DNA of 64,000 bases from Lama glama. Taxonomy: Eukaryota. Below the pieces are notes generated by a model, which was given only the letters and a program-made list of their open reading frames with translations, had not been told where the DNA came from and searched no databases. This document shows, piece after piece, positions 13,400-25,742 of the stretch; within the stretch, counting starts at the first letter, position 1, and every line of letters begins with the position of its first letter. The stretch spans positions 88,414,001-88,478,000 of the forward strand of contig CM052817.1 of NCBI GenBank assembly GCA_028534125.1, given 5' to 3'. The translations under genes and the position numbers were made by a program.

Positions 13400-16000
13400 G
13401 AGCTGAAATATGTTTCAGAATCCTATTTTGTGGAGATAACCAGTATAGTCAGTAAAAGTAAGGAAAATAAAGAATGAGTAACTACAGAAAAGTAGATGGC
13501 AGGTTAAACATAAATTAAAACAAAAGTAATAAACTCTGTATAGTATTTCACTAAGTTTTCACATCTGTCTCTCTATAGACAGAATGAGATCCTCAGATTA
13601 GTGAAAATGCAAATCAAGCTCTATATTGCAAATTAAGCTCTATTTTGCCCATAAGAAGGAAAATGGGGGTAAAAGATGGAAAATAGGGGTGATATTAAAC
13701 AAACAAATGAACAAATACAGGGAAAATGTAACAAAAATAAAGCTGGAGTCACAAAAATAATACAGACTTCATGTATAAAAACACTAAATAAAACCAAATA
13801 GGAAGAGATATGGAGGTTTAAAAAAATTAAGGAAGAAGATAGAACAAGCATTAATATCTATGAACAAAGCAAAATGGCACCTAAACTTATATAGCAAAAT
13901 CCTAGAAGTAGAGGATTTTATTTTTTTAACTTCAAGCAACATAATAACAATTAGACAATTATAGTGAAAAAAATGTTTGTATGTCTTTCAGACTATATGA
14001 TAAAACAGACTGAAGATAAGAAATGCAGAGACATGTATATGCATAACTTATTTAACCCTCCCAGAAATAATTATTTTTTATGTTTGTGGACTACTTATAA
14101 AAATTAATTATATACTTACCAGAAATAAATCATTAATAAGTTATCCCAAATAGCAATTAACAAGCTATATATTCTGATTGTGATAAAATTGTGCTAGGAG
14201 TCAATAATAATAATAATAATATACTTGCCATAGGAATTATTTTCATGAAAAATCAAAGTTTTTCCCAAATAACTATTTAACAGGAACAAATTATAAATTA
14301 CTTTATAGAAATCAGGAAATAGTATCAAAAGGACAATCAGAACTAAAATGCCAAATTATCTAGAAAATAACAAAATGGAAAACATTTCACAGAAAACCAT
14401 AAGAGAAGATACTAAGTCTAGTGTCTAGAGGAAATACAAATACTTAAATGGCTTCAATAATTTTAATAAACAACCAGAATAAATGAACTGTTACTAGTAA
14501 GTGATCAACCACCACAAATTAAAGGATTTTTGGGGTGAAAATTTAAATTAATGAACCAGGAAATAACAATTACTCAACAAAACCATCCATTTACTCAGCA
14601 AATATTCTTAGGCTGTCTACCATAAGGCACATACTCTTCTGGGCTTTGGGAAACAGCTTTGAATAGAAGAAAGAAAATTTCTGCTCTCATCATGTTTACA
14701 TTTTAGAGTGACGATTGCTTTATGAAAATTAGCAATAATTGTTGTGTAGAAGTTAAGTAGGAAAGAGAATTAGGAAAAAGAGTTGTACTTAAAAAAAAAA
14801 AGGTAATCGTGAATATCTCAAAAAGCAGAATACATGGAGTGAAATCAAACTATTTGGAAAAAGCCATGTGTAACTATCTAGAGAAAGTGCATTCCACCAA
14901 TAAGCAATGTTTTAGTATATAACTAATAAGCTAATTCTTTAAAAATACTTAAGTTTCAAGTAATGACTTTCAAGGATCAAGAAGTTTGAAATTAAAAACA
15001 AAAAAAAACAACATAAATCAGAATTAGAAAAATAATATAATCACAATGAAAATACTAAAATAATTATAAAATACTATGTGTATATCTATGGCAATAAGTT
15101 AAAAATAGATGGACAGTTTTCTAGAAAAATATCACATTACTTGATACAATAAGAATAGAAAATGAGCAATAAACAGAAGATACTATAAAGTTGAAGTTCT
15201 GCCAAAATTTTAGAAAGACCAAAAAATCAGATATTTAATGCTTGAATTCTGACCTCAAAAGGAAATTGAACATTTTTATTAAAATATATTTTTTAAAAGT
15301 TACTTCAAACTTTGATTTAGGCTGAATAAAAATTAGATACTCTAGAAAGCTAGAGTAATATAAGGAGCATGAAATTGAAATGAGAAAAATTAAAAGGTCA
15401 TTATGTCAAGTAAAGACACTAGAAAGATGAAGTGATATAATAAAGTTTGGACTAGATAGTGTAAGTATGGAAAATGGACACTTTTGTGTAAGTTTGAGAT
15501 TTTAAATAAATGCAGTTTTCCACAGTTTTTGGCTAATGTCCATCAACATTTAAAATGTGTCCATTGAACTTGTAGGAATTTACCCTACAACAATACTTGT
15601 ACTTTCTCCAAAGATAGAAATACAAAGATATTCATTGCAGTACCCAATAAGTGGTAAAAATGTAAGAATCTGCTACAAAGACTTATTTATCCGTTTGAAA
15701 ATTCAAGAATAATCAATTTAAACATAAAAATTTTCCCCAAACCTATTTTAAGTGAGTATAGATTGCTCATAGGAAATTATAGATGTACATTCTTAGTCTT
15801 TTTCTATCTAAATTAGTATTTATAAATTAACTTTTAAATATATTAAAATTCTGAAAGATTATCTAAAATTTAAATAGAACATAGCTTAGTGGAGGTAAAA
15901 AGTAAAAGAATCTAAAATTTAACTAAAAATGTTTCTACTCACATTTTTTAAATTTTAAAATGAGAATTAATTGTATAACTGAGAAAGACAATAATTTAAA
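13400..16000 (+). mobile_element. Highly degenerate ancient L1 (L1ME-like) fragments, interrupted by an L2 piece at about 14580-14900
   Basis: Strong A-rich strand bias with L1 ORF2/3'-like motifs (e.g. 'atggacagttttctagaaaaatatca', 'gtaggaatttaccctaca...gatattcattgcag'). Confidence 0.55.
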
Positions 16001-16819
16001 AAGAAAAGCAAAACCCTATAGACTAATGCCAATAATTTAAATTGCAAAAATATTCCAGAGAAGTTTGCCAAATACATGTAATGAAAAATATCACACAACC
16101 TTGTGCTTTTAAGTATCCCTATGATAAAGAAATTTATGTTTATTCAAAAACTACTTGCATGAATATTCCAGCTTCAGTTAAATTTGATAAGAAAGCTCAT
16201 GACTGTCCAAATGAAAAGACTAGCAATTAAGTACTTGGCATGACTCAGGGAATAACTGCCTAACATGCTGTCATCACATAAAAATAGTATTTGTTCAGTA
16301 ACATGTGAAAGCATTACTGTGTTGATATAATATTTGAGTCTTAGAGCTTATTGAAATATTATCTTTCCTGTTTTTCTTTTACATTAGCAAATCACATTTT
16401 ATGAAAATATTATTAATGGTAGTGGTAGATTTCTAAAGAGAATTTTAAAAGCCTATATAATTGTGAATTTATCAAATGAAAAACCAAACATCACAAGCAG
16501 TATTTTATTTTACTCAAATGGTTTTGTTCCTATGAACGTCAATGTACAAATTATGTCAAGACATCAGGAAGTAATTTGTATAATAAAATGGCACTGGACA
16601 ATAGAATGGCTAATAATAGTAAGATAACACAAATTGCACAGATCCCCAACTTGTTTTAAATAATTTTCCAAAACAAGTCTGTCTCCTACCAAATAACCAT
16701 GTGATTTAAAATAAATTATATTGGGCATACTAATATGGTTTAATCTGAAATTGAACTGCTTAATAACAAATAGTTTTAAAAGTGAAATTTGAATCTAGCA
16801 AAGAAGGGTGGTTTATCAT

Positions 16820-17300
16820 TTGTTGGTAAGATTTAGGTCTGGTTGCTATAACAACAAAAAATTACAAGCAAAAATTATAGAAGATAGAAATTTCATTTTC
16901 ATTTCTCTCCTACATAACATGGGCCAGAGTAAGGAGTCCATGGTGATAAGGGGGTATTCATGATGTACTCCAGCTCTTTCTAATCTGTAGTTTTAACTTC
17001 CCTAAAGTGCTGTGCAGATTCACATGGTCAGTGATAATGTCTTCAGTCAAAGGAAAAAAAGGGAACGTGGAGTAAGAGGAATGTATGCTCTTTCCCATTA
17101 GAGGCACAAAGGAAATCGCATGTATCTTTTCTGTTTCTCACATCCCATTAGGAGAATGTAGTTACAGGGATTAATCCTCCCATAGCTTCTGGAGATGCTG
17201 AGAATTGTAGCCTCTGGCTGGGGTTTCAGGTCCCTAGTTACTTTTCAAGGTTTTTATTACTAAGAAAATGGTATAAAGGATATTGAAGATCATGTAGCCT
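16820..17300 (-). mobile_element. Old MLT1 (ERVL-MaLR) LTR remnant
   Basis: 'ggttgctataacaacaaaaaattacaag...agatagaaatttcattttc' and 'ggagatgctgagaattgtagcctctggctg' are typical of reversed MLT1I/J-like LTRs. Confidence 0.5.
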
Positions 17301-17674
17301 TACAAAGTTTTTTGTAAAAACTATTTCCCATCACACAAGAGAAAGTATTATGGTACTACTGGGATTGTAACAAGTAGGGTAAATTAGCAGACATACAAGA
17401 AAATACAATTAGAATAGCTATCAAAGTAGAATTCAGTAATGTGGATAAAATGTACATAAAAATTAGCTCCTCCTTGTTTCTTTCTCCCTAGTTATTGCTT
17501 TGTGCTTCCTATTTCCCATCTCTTTTCATCTGAATATTTTTAATGTGTTCTGTTGAGATAAATAGGCAGACAACACCATAGGAAAAATGGATTTGTTTTG
17601 TTAGTGTACCAGGAAAATAAAAGCAGACCTTTTATGGCTCCTTTCTCTTTTTAATCTCAAGAAAAATAACCTAC

Positions 17675-18805
17675 TTTTTTTTTAATTGAAGTATAGTCAG
17701 TTATAATGTGTCAATTTCCAGTGTACCGTACAATGTCCCAGTCATGCATATACATACATATATTCAGTTTCATATTCTTTTTCATTAAAGGTTATTACAA
17801 GATACTGAATATAGTTCCTGTGCTATACAGAAGAAATTTTTTAATCTTTTTTTATATATAGTGGCTAACATTTGCAAATTTCTAACTCCTAAATTTATCC
17901 CTTCCCCATCCCCTTCTCCCAGTAACTATAAGATTGTTTACTATGTCTGCAAGTCCATTTCTGTTTTGTAGATGAGTTCATTAGTATCTTCTTTTTTTTC
18001 TTTTTTTAGATTCTACATATAAGTGATATCCTGTAGTATTTTTCTGTCTCTTTCTGGCTTACTTCACTTAGAATGACAATTTCTAAGTCCATCCATGTTG
18101 CTGCAAATGGCTTTATTCTTTTTTATGGCTGAGTAGTATTCCATTGTATAAAAAGTTGTGGTATTTTATCCAGTCATCTGTTGGACGTTTAGGTTGTTTC
18201 CATGTCTTGGCTATTGTATTTAGTGCTGCTGTGAGCGCTGGGGTGCATGTATCTTTTCGAATTAGAGTTCCCTCTGGATATATGCCCAGGAGTGGGATTG
18301 CTGGGTCATGTGGTAACTCTATTTTTGTTTTTTGAGAAATCTTCGTACTGTTTTCCATAGTGGCTGCACCAAACTACATTCCCACCAACAGTGTAGGAGG
18401 GTTCCCTTTTCTCCACACTCTGTCCAGCATTTATCATTTGTGAACTTCTGAATGATGGCCATTCTGACTGGTGTGAGGTGATACCTCATTGTAGTTTTGA
18501 TTTGTATTTCTCTGATAATTAGTACTACTGAGCATTTTTCCATGTGCCTATTGGACATTTGTATGTCTTCTTTGGAGCATTATTTACTTAGGTCTTTTGC
18601 TCATTTTTGGATTGCGTTGTTTGTTTTTTTGTTAAGTTGTATGAGCTGTTTATATATTCTAGAAATTAAGCCCTTGTCAGTCGCATCATTTGCAAATATT
18701 TCCTCCCACTCTGTGGATTGTCTTTTTGTTTTGCTTATGGTTTCCTTTGCTGTGCAAAAGCTTAGGAGAAGTAAAAACAAAAATAAACAAATCAGACCTA
18801 ATTAA
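17675..18805 (-). mobile_element. Young 5'-truncated L1 with a short 5' inversion (twin priming)
   Basis: Poly(T) tail at 17675, then ORF2 C-terminal fragments ([16 protein letters not shown]..., [18 protein letters not shown]). Segment 18764-18805 is the adjacent L1 sequence in the opposite orientation. TSD taacctac(t/c)ttt at 17667-17678 and 18803-18814. Confidence 0.93.
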
Positions 18806-19382
18806 CCTACCTTTATAGATGAGTACTTCAATTTAGAATGTAATTCTGTAAGTTATTTATCCTGAAAACAGTTCTGCATGGCTGTTGCATTCTATGTATC
18901 CATTTCTGTGTCTGAGGTCCATATCAATATCCAGAGTATTGACTTTAAGGAAGGTATTTCTGAGTCTACAAACAACAAACATCACCTTCCAATAAACATA
19001 ATTGTCCAATTTTCATTGGGTTTCCACTGCCTTTCAATTCCAGGAAAACTAAATTCCATTGATTATTATAAAAAAAGTAGTTAAGATAACCATAGAAACA
19101 TAAAGTTTTTTATTGGGTAGATTGGAGATAAGGTCAAATTGAATGGTAGGTTTCTTCAGGATGTTTATCTCTTTATTTTGATTTAATTAATCTGTAAATT
19201 ACTGAGAGAGGAGTACTTAAACCATCATTCCTAATAATGGATTTGTCTATTTCTCCCATTGGTTCTGTCTTTTTATTTTATGTGATTTGAATTTTTGTCA
19301 GGTGCATGCACTTAGGATTGCCATCTTTTTAATAAATTGCTCCTTTTATTATTATATATGTCCCCCTTTGTAAGTATTAATA

Positions 19383-19920
19383 CAGTTGGTCCATATTATT
19401 TGTGTATGTTGTATTTACAAAATACTAAAATTTATTTTAACTTCAAGATCAATACTTAGTGGCTTTCTCAGTCATTGGCAGACATAAGCTGCAAAAGAAT
19501 TGAGTTGCCTGATACTCACATTCCCAGCTATCATTGAACAAGGTGACATCTGCCTTCTTGTTTCATCTTTCACACAGAGATAACCAGGGGATGGAGATGA
19601 TAGAGGACAGGGCAGTGTAATTCAAGAAGCTCTAGCACTGGGACCAGTTGGATAGGATTTGAGTCCCAACCCTGACACCTTTTAGTGGACAGCCTCAGGC
19701 GAGGTTCTTAAGATTCTGAACCTTCTTTTCTGTGAAGAAAATAAAAACTAAAAATCAAATGTTGATTTTTAGAATTTAAGATTGTAATCTATGTGAGATG
19801 TTTGTGTGCAGGGTATATATTTATATTAAAATTTCCTTAGGAGCAATGGTTCATTATTCATTAATTCAGTGTTGGTGGTAGCTTTGTAGAACACAGTTAC
19901 TGCAAATAATGAGATTGCCT
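19383..19920 (+). mobile_element. TcMar-Tigger non-autonomous element (MER82-like) inserted in the old L1
   Basis: Starts 'ta|cagttggtccatattatttg', contains 'ttcccagct...gaacaaggtgacatctgccttcttgtttca', ends 'gcaaataatgagattgcct'. Confidence 0.65.
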
Positions 19921-20989
19921 ATATGTACTTTTTTAGTGTCCACTGATAATACTGTAGCCTCTTTTGACAAGTGTTTACATGGTATGCATTTTTCCAACCT
20001 TTTTCTTTAAACATATCTGTAACATATACCTGGTTAACAATTTGGTTTTCTCTCTTTTCTCTGCTTTCTTCCTTTATTTTCTTCCTTTTCCTTTTCTTCT
20101 CATTTCTACCCCTCTTCTTTCTTCTATTCAGTCTGACAATCTGTGCCATTTAACTGTGTTTAAAATTTTTATACTTAATGCAGTTATTGGTGTGGTTGGC
20201 TTTGAATCTACCATTTTGCTATTTGCTTTCTCTTTGTTCTACATTTTGTCCCTTTTACCCCCATCTTCACACCTTCTTTAGATTGTTATTTAAGACCATG
20301 TTTTTAGCAAGAATTACTCCACATATGGATGTATTTTTGATGTGTTCAGGGGCATAAGAAAGTTCAGTGTCTTTCTACTCTGCCATCTTGATCTCTCACT
20401 GCAACACTTATCTTTAACATAACAGTATACCTTCCTTATGCAAGTATTCTTTCCTTCTTCCCTTTTGTCCCTTGTACTGTTGTTTAGTAATTTTATCTCA
20501 GAATATGTTTTAAATGATATAATACATTGTCATACATAAAAATTGATTCTTCAAAGCAAAAATAATTTTGATGAAATATTTAGAAGGAAAAATTGTATTT
20601 GTTCACATGTTTATTAATTCTGTTACTCTTCATTGCGGTGTAAGGTGCTGATTCCACATAGTACCATATTTTTGCTGGCTGTATAATTTTAAATTGGAGA
20701 ATTATCCCTTTCTCCTTCCCCAACACCACAGAAATTTTTTTTTTCAGTGGAGTAGGGAGCTGGTGTCTTACATTCATACAAGAGGACTTTGGTCATATTA
20801 GTCTTTGTTTCCTGGTATTTAATCTTTTTTTCTAACTTTTAAGATTTTTTTCTTTTCTGTGGTTTTACTGTAATTTGATTAGTATTATAACTTGATTTGA
20901 TTTTCTTTTTACATTACTTAAGATTTGCTGACCATCTTAGGAAGTTTGGGTTTTCATCTAATTTAGAAACATGTAGTCCATCATTAAAA

Positions 20990-21082
20990 ATGTATATTTA
21001 AATATATATTTTATATATAATATATAATTTATTTATATGAATATATTTATATATGCTACATATATATATTTTATATATATAA
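20990..21082. repeat. (TA)-rich low-complexity tract
   Basis: Nearly pure A/T degenerate TA repeats. Confidence 0.9.
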
Positions 21083-24000
21083 AATTTCCCTATTTCTGGC
21101 CTTCAAAGTCTCCATTTCACTTATGTTAGACATTTGCTATTGACCTTAAGTCACTGAGGCTTTATTAACATTTAGGACATTTTTCCCCTTGGTGTTTTCA
21201 TTTTGAATGCTTTCTTTTGCTGTGTCTTCAAGTTCACTGATCTGATGTTAATCTCGTTGAATAAATATTTTATCTCTGACTGTAAATTTTGACTGTAAAA
21301 ATATGTTTGGTTCTCTTGAATGTCTTTCATTCTTCTCCACGTTATGCTCGTCATTTCCCTTATACTGTTGAGTGTATTTATTATAGCTATTTTTGAAACT
21401 TACCTACCATCTTCCTGTTTCTTTGCATGTTTAATAATATATAATTAGATCTTGACATGATGAATACTGTGTTTTTGTGTGCCTAGCTTTTTTCTTTAAA
21501 GAGGGCCAGAGTTTACGTTTGCAGGCAGTTGAGTATTTTGGGATTAAGCTTTATCCATTGGAGACTTGTTTTTAAGTTAGTGTTTATCCAGAGCAGATTT
21601 TTCACTAGGGGTAAGTTAGTCCAATTACTATGCCATAAATCTTCTGCAGTTTCTATTGAATCCTTCTGTCACTCAGTGAAATCCCTCTGGTTTGTATGGT
21701 CAAAACATGAAGGTCTTCTAGTCCTGTGTAAACGCTGGAAATTAGTTAGCTTATTACCTGCTGACAGTCCTTTTCCTCAGTCTGTTAGTTTTACCCTACG
21801 CATGCATGGATTAATGTCCTGCACCTTTGCTCTGGAGCTCTTCTTCATGTAGTTCCCTCCACTGTGGTACTCTGCCCTGGAAATGGCAGCTTTCCTCTTT
21901 GAAAATTGTACCCTCTCTCTTCTCAACTCAGAGATCCCTGTACATTCTCTCTAGATTCCTCCTCCCTGCACTAGAATCTGGAAACTTACTTGAGTCAGGA
22001 AGAAAGGGCTCTTGTAGGGCTCATGTCATTCAATTATCAGATCAATTGTTTTAATTTTCTATGTTTTGAGAGAACATTCTCTAGAACTTGGAAACAAAGA
22101 AAATATGAGTCTAAGGATATTTCATTTATTACAGACTGTATTTCCTGATTTTAAAATAATTCACTGTTAGAAACAGTGAAGACACTTGTAGTACATAGCC
22201 AAAAAAAGAGAAAAAAGAGGAAAAAATATTATGGAGATAAGTTAGGCAGGTAACACAAATATCATTTTCTGGATTTTTATGTTGTATATAGAATTATCAA
22301 ACTTTTGAAATTTAAAATTTGTGAGTTATTTTGTCATTAAATATTTTGTTTCTAATTTTGTATCTATAACGTTGTATTATTTTATTTAAAATAACGCTAT
22401 TAAATTATATAAGGTTCAGTTCCTTGGACTTATATCAGAGTGGGACATACACTATTACCTGAGGGAGAAGTTCCAGGCAGTAACCTTGCTGGCAGTGAAG
22501 GGCAGGAAAAGAGGGCAGCAGATATACTGGATATGTGTCCCCATTGGCTACAATGTTAAATTTCAAGTAAATGTGCCTATAAAAATCTAATTGAAGTTTT
22601 TATCCTTTCTTAGTGTAACAAATTTTAGTCATACTTACTTTCTAGATATATTATTTTTCATAATGATTATTATTTATATTTATGTGTATAAATATAGTAT
22701 ATTACTTTGGTACAGCACATTTTTGTGTGCATATTTTGAAAAGTTTTTATAGTTCATATTTGCAGATAAACGCAAGTTCTCAACTTCCTGCTTTTATTTT
22801 AACTTGTGGTTTTACTAATGTATCTGTCTTTGTCTCATTTGGTTATCTAATTCTCTTTAAACAAATATACGAGTAAAATATATTTTTCTTTTTTCTCTAC
22901 CATAAGGAATACAGTAAACCAGGTGAGATGATGGATTTAAGAAGGACAGTTGTGGTCACTGTTGCAGGATTAGTGGGGCAAGGGGGGCTGTTGTGAGCTG
23001 AGCAGTGAAGCTCCAAATCGGATGGGGCCTCAGCCAACTGTCACCATAAGAGAGTAAGGATCTGTTTTCGAGCATTTTCTTTTCTCAGTAGAAACTACAA
23101 GGCTACATTTTTATGTGATGAGTCCTAATCTTTAACTGTTCATTTATTAACCATTATCTGCTATGTAATCATTCTCTCCACTGAATTTATTCTGAGGCCA
23201 CCAGGCTGTGACTCAGCTCTTCACGCGTCTGTGTTTGTATGTTTTATCTTGACACAGTTCTCTTAAGTTGATACTGCTTAATTTGAAGAGAAATACAATT
23301 GAGGAGAAAGGCTACACTGCTAGATGATAAATCTCTGTGCAACGTAGTTTCAGAAATTTGCACTTATTTCCTTATTTATTATTCAATTAATGCTAGTATC
23401 ATGGCTATTCAATAGCTGCTAAGATTTAAGTAGCATCAAATAATTGTCAAAGTCTAATGAACTCAGTTACTATGTTGACAGATCAAAATGATCAATTGTG
23501 TCTCATATTGGAACAAAACTTCCTTTTGACTGTTTTCTAATCTCAGCATGTTGTTATTACCAACCAGCAGCCAAGATATCCCATCAAGATATAAAGTGAA
23601 AGTTCTGTTAATTAGGCAGCAAAAGTGTTGCTATACGTCACTGACCTTTTCAAAATTCTTTTTTTTGTCAGTGTTTCATAAAGCATTTCTGTAAAGACAT
23701 AAAAAATAAACAACAAAAGGTCATTGTTTTAGGCGATTTTTCATAAATGATTAAGGGAAAGAAACAAGTATCTTAGTTCTGCATTTTTGCAATATCTTAC
23801 AAATGATATTTGTCAGTTAAACTTTTTTGGAAATTTTGTATTGGGTGTAAAGCTAATTAAATACACAGAATAACAGTGGTTCAGTTCTAAAGCCCTTTGA
23901 ATCAGCCTCTAGGATAACATAAGCCTTTCCTAGGTTTGCATGTTAAAACCTGCCTTTTCTTTTTAATGTGAGGACTAGATTTTTTTCAGAATAGATTTTT

Positions 24001-24149
24001 GCTTTCTCTTACTGGTTTAACAAAATGGAGGTGAATCTTTATGGAAGATCTTTATTAAAAAGCAAAATGTTTTGTCAGTTTAGCAGGTTAACTATCAAAG
24101 ATGTATTTTTTTCATATACATGGAAACACATTCCTATATAAAACCCTTG

Positions 24150-25250
24150 ATTCAATAAATTTTTATTGAATGTCAACTAGTAGTCAGACATTGTTCTTGG
24201 CACTGGAAATACTGTGTGAGCTGGGAAAAAGATAAAATTATGCCATAATGAGAATCCATTTCAGTGCTGGAGACAAAAAGTTATATGTATGTGTCATCAA
24301 AATATGTGAAAGCCCAAAGTTGCTGAGAAAAGAAATTTCAGACGGAGCAAACAGCAATCATAAATGTTCTGAGATAAAGGATCATATCTGGAGTGTTTAG
24401 GAGACAAGGAGACTGACACAGAGTGACGAATCCTAGGAGCCAAATTATAGAGGACCTTGTAATTCATAGAAAGAACTTTGACTTCTGTTTTGCTACTCTC
24501 ATCTGACTTACATCTTTACAAAACCACTTGAATTGCTCTGTTGAAAATACATGAAAGGCAGTCAGGAGTAGGAACAGTGCTCTAATTTGGAGGGTATTAC
24601 ATAACACCGAAGTGTGATGAAAACATGACAGGTGGCTAGATTCTGGGTACCTGTATAAGGATAGCCCGTGGAAGTTACATGAAGACCTGAGCAACGTGAA
24701 ACAGGTTTGTGTGTTAGATGTCTGGGGAAGGAGTATTCCAAGCAGAGGGGATTTCAGTGGTCAAGGCCTTGAGGTGGGGAGGTGCCTGGAGTACAGGAAC
24801 AGTGGGAAAGCCGTCGTGGCCGGAGCAGAGTGACGGCTGAGCGTCGGGAGCTTAGAAGATGACGTCAGAGAAGCAACAGGCACCAAGGAAAGCAGGGAAG
24901 TATATGGTACAGGAGAGAAAGCGGCAGCAAGGATCAAGGCAAGGTCTGAGGCCTAAGCAGCAGGAAGAATTGAGTTGGTTCAAACTGAAGGGGATAAAGC
25001 TAGAGGTGGTGTTGGTTTGGAGGAGAATGTCAGCTTAGTAGAGTGCAGGCTAAACTTTGAAAGTTTCGAGTACGCAAAGATTTCATTAGGAAGAACTCAT
25101 CAGGCAGTCTAAATAGGTGCGTCATCAGTCCCTGGATGAGATCACAGAGGGAGTAGGACAGAGAGCGAGAGGTGGTCCCCAGGCTGAAGCTTGGGCTTTC
25201 CAGTATTTCGAGAATGAGGAGATGGTAGTGGGCACAAGGGCAGACTGGGG
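24150..25250 (-). mobile_element. L2 fragments
   Basis: 'attcaataaattttattgaatgtcaactagtagtcagacattgttcttggcactggaaatac' is a reversed L2 3' end, followed by typical purine-rich L2 body motifs. Confidence 0.7.
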
Positions 25251-25257
25251 AGTGGGC

Positions 25258-25742
25258 TGGTAAGGAATTACCAGAGACCGAGCAGAGTTCGGGAAAGTTT
25301 AATAGTTACGCTGCTGTAAGGAACAGCAGGCCACACAGGTGAGAGCTACCTGCGTGAACGGAGGGTGGGCATATAGGGTGGGGAGGGGGCTGTGCACACG
25401 AGGAGTAGGGGCTGCATGATCAGTTCGTGCACAGGTACCTTATTGGTTGTAAGATCTGCCAGGAATTTCTCGGAACTATAGGTTTTTTATTTTATGACTT
25501 TGATAAGGGCAGGATGTGAGGCCAGTCCACCTAGGGTGTTGTGAGACAGGCTCTCCTGGGGTGGTGAGTTCTGTTAGGGTCAACACACATCAAGGGAAGA
25601 TGTTTTATATGTTGCAGAAATGCAGGTAGACCCAGGGTCCTGCACTGGGGTGGGGGGCGTTAAGGTGTCAGTAGGCTCCAGGCACACACACAGCTCAGGG
25701 GTGGGGGTTTTATGACTCTAGATAAAGTGCTAGCCGGCTCCA
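25258..25742 (-). mobile_element. Probable solo LTR
   Basis: GC-rich block bounded by TG...CA. On - it has CCAAT (25442-46), a TATA-like TATAT (25371-75) and ATTAAA (25298-303) in LTR order. No TSD is evident. Confidence 0.45.

Larger units (their letters stand above)
19150..22050 (-). mobile_element. Degenerate ancient L1 (ORF2 5' part/ORF1/5' region fragments)
   Basis: T-rich strand with L1 motifs ('actgagagaggagtacttaa...atggatttgtctatttctccc', 'tattcagtctgacaatctgtgccatttaact', 'ttctactctgccatcttg'). Confidence 0.6.
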
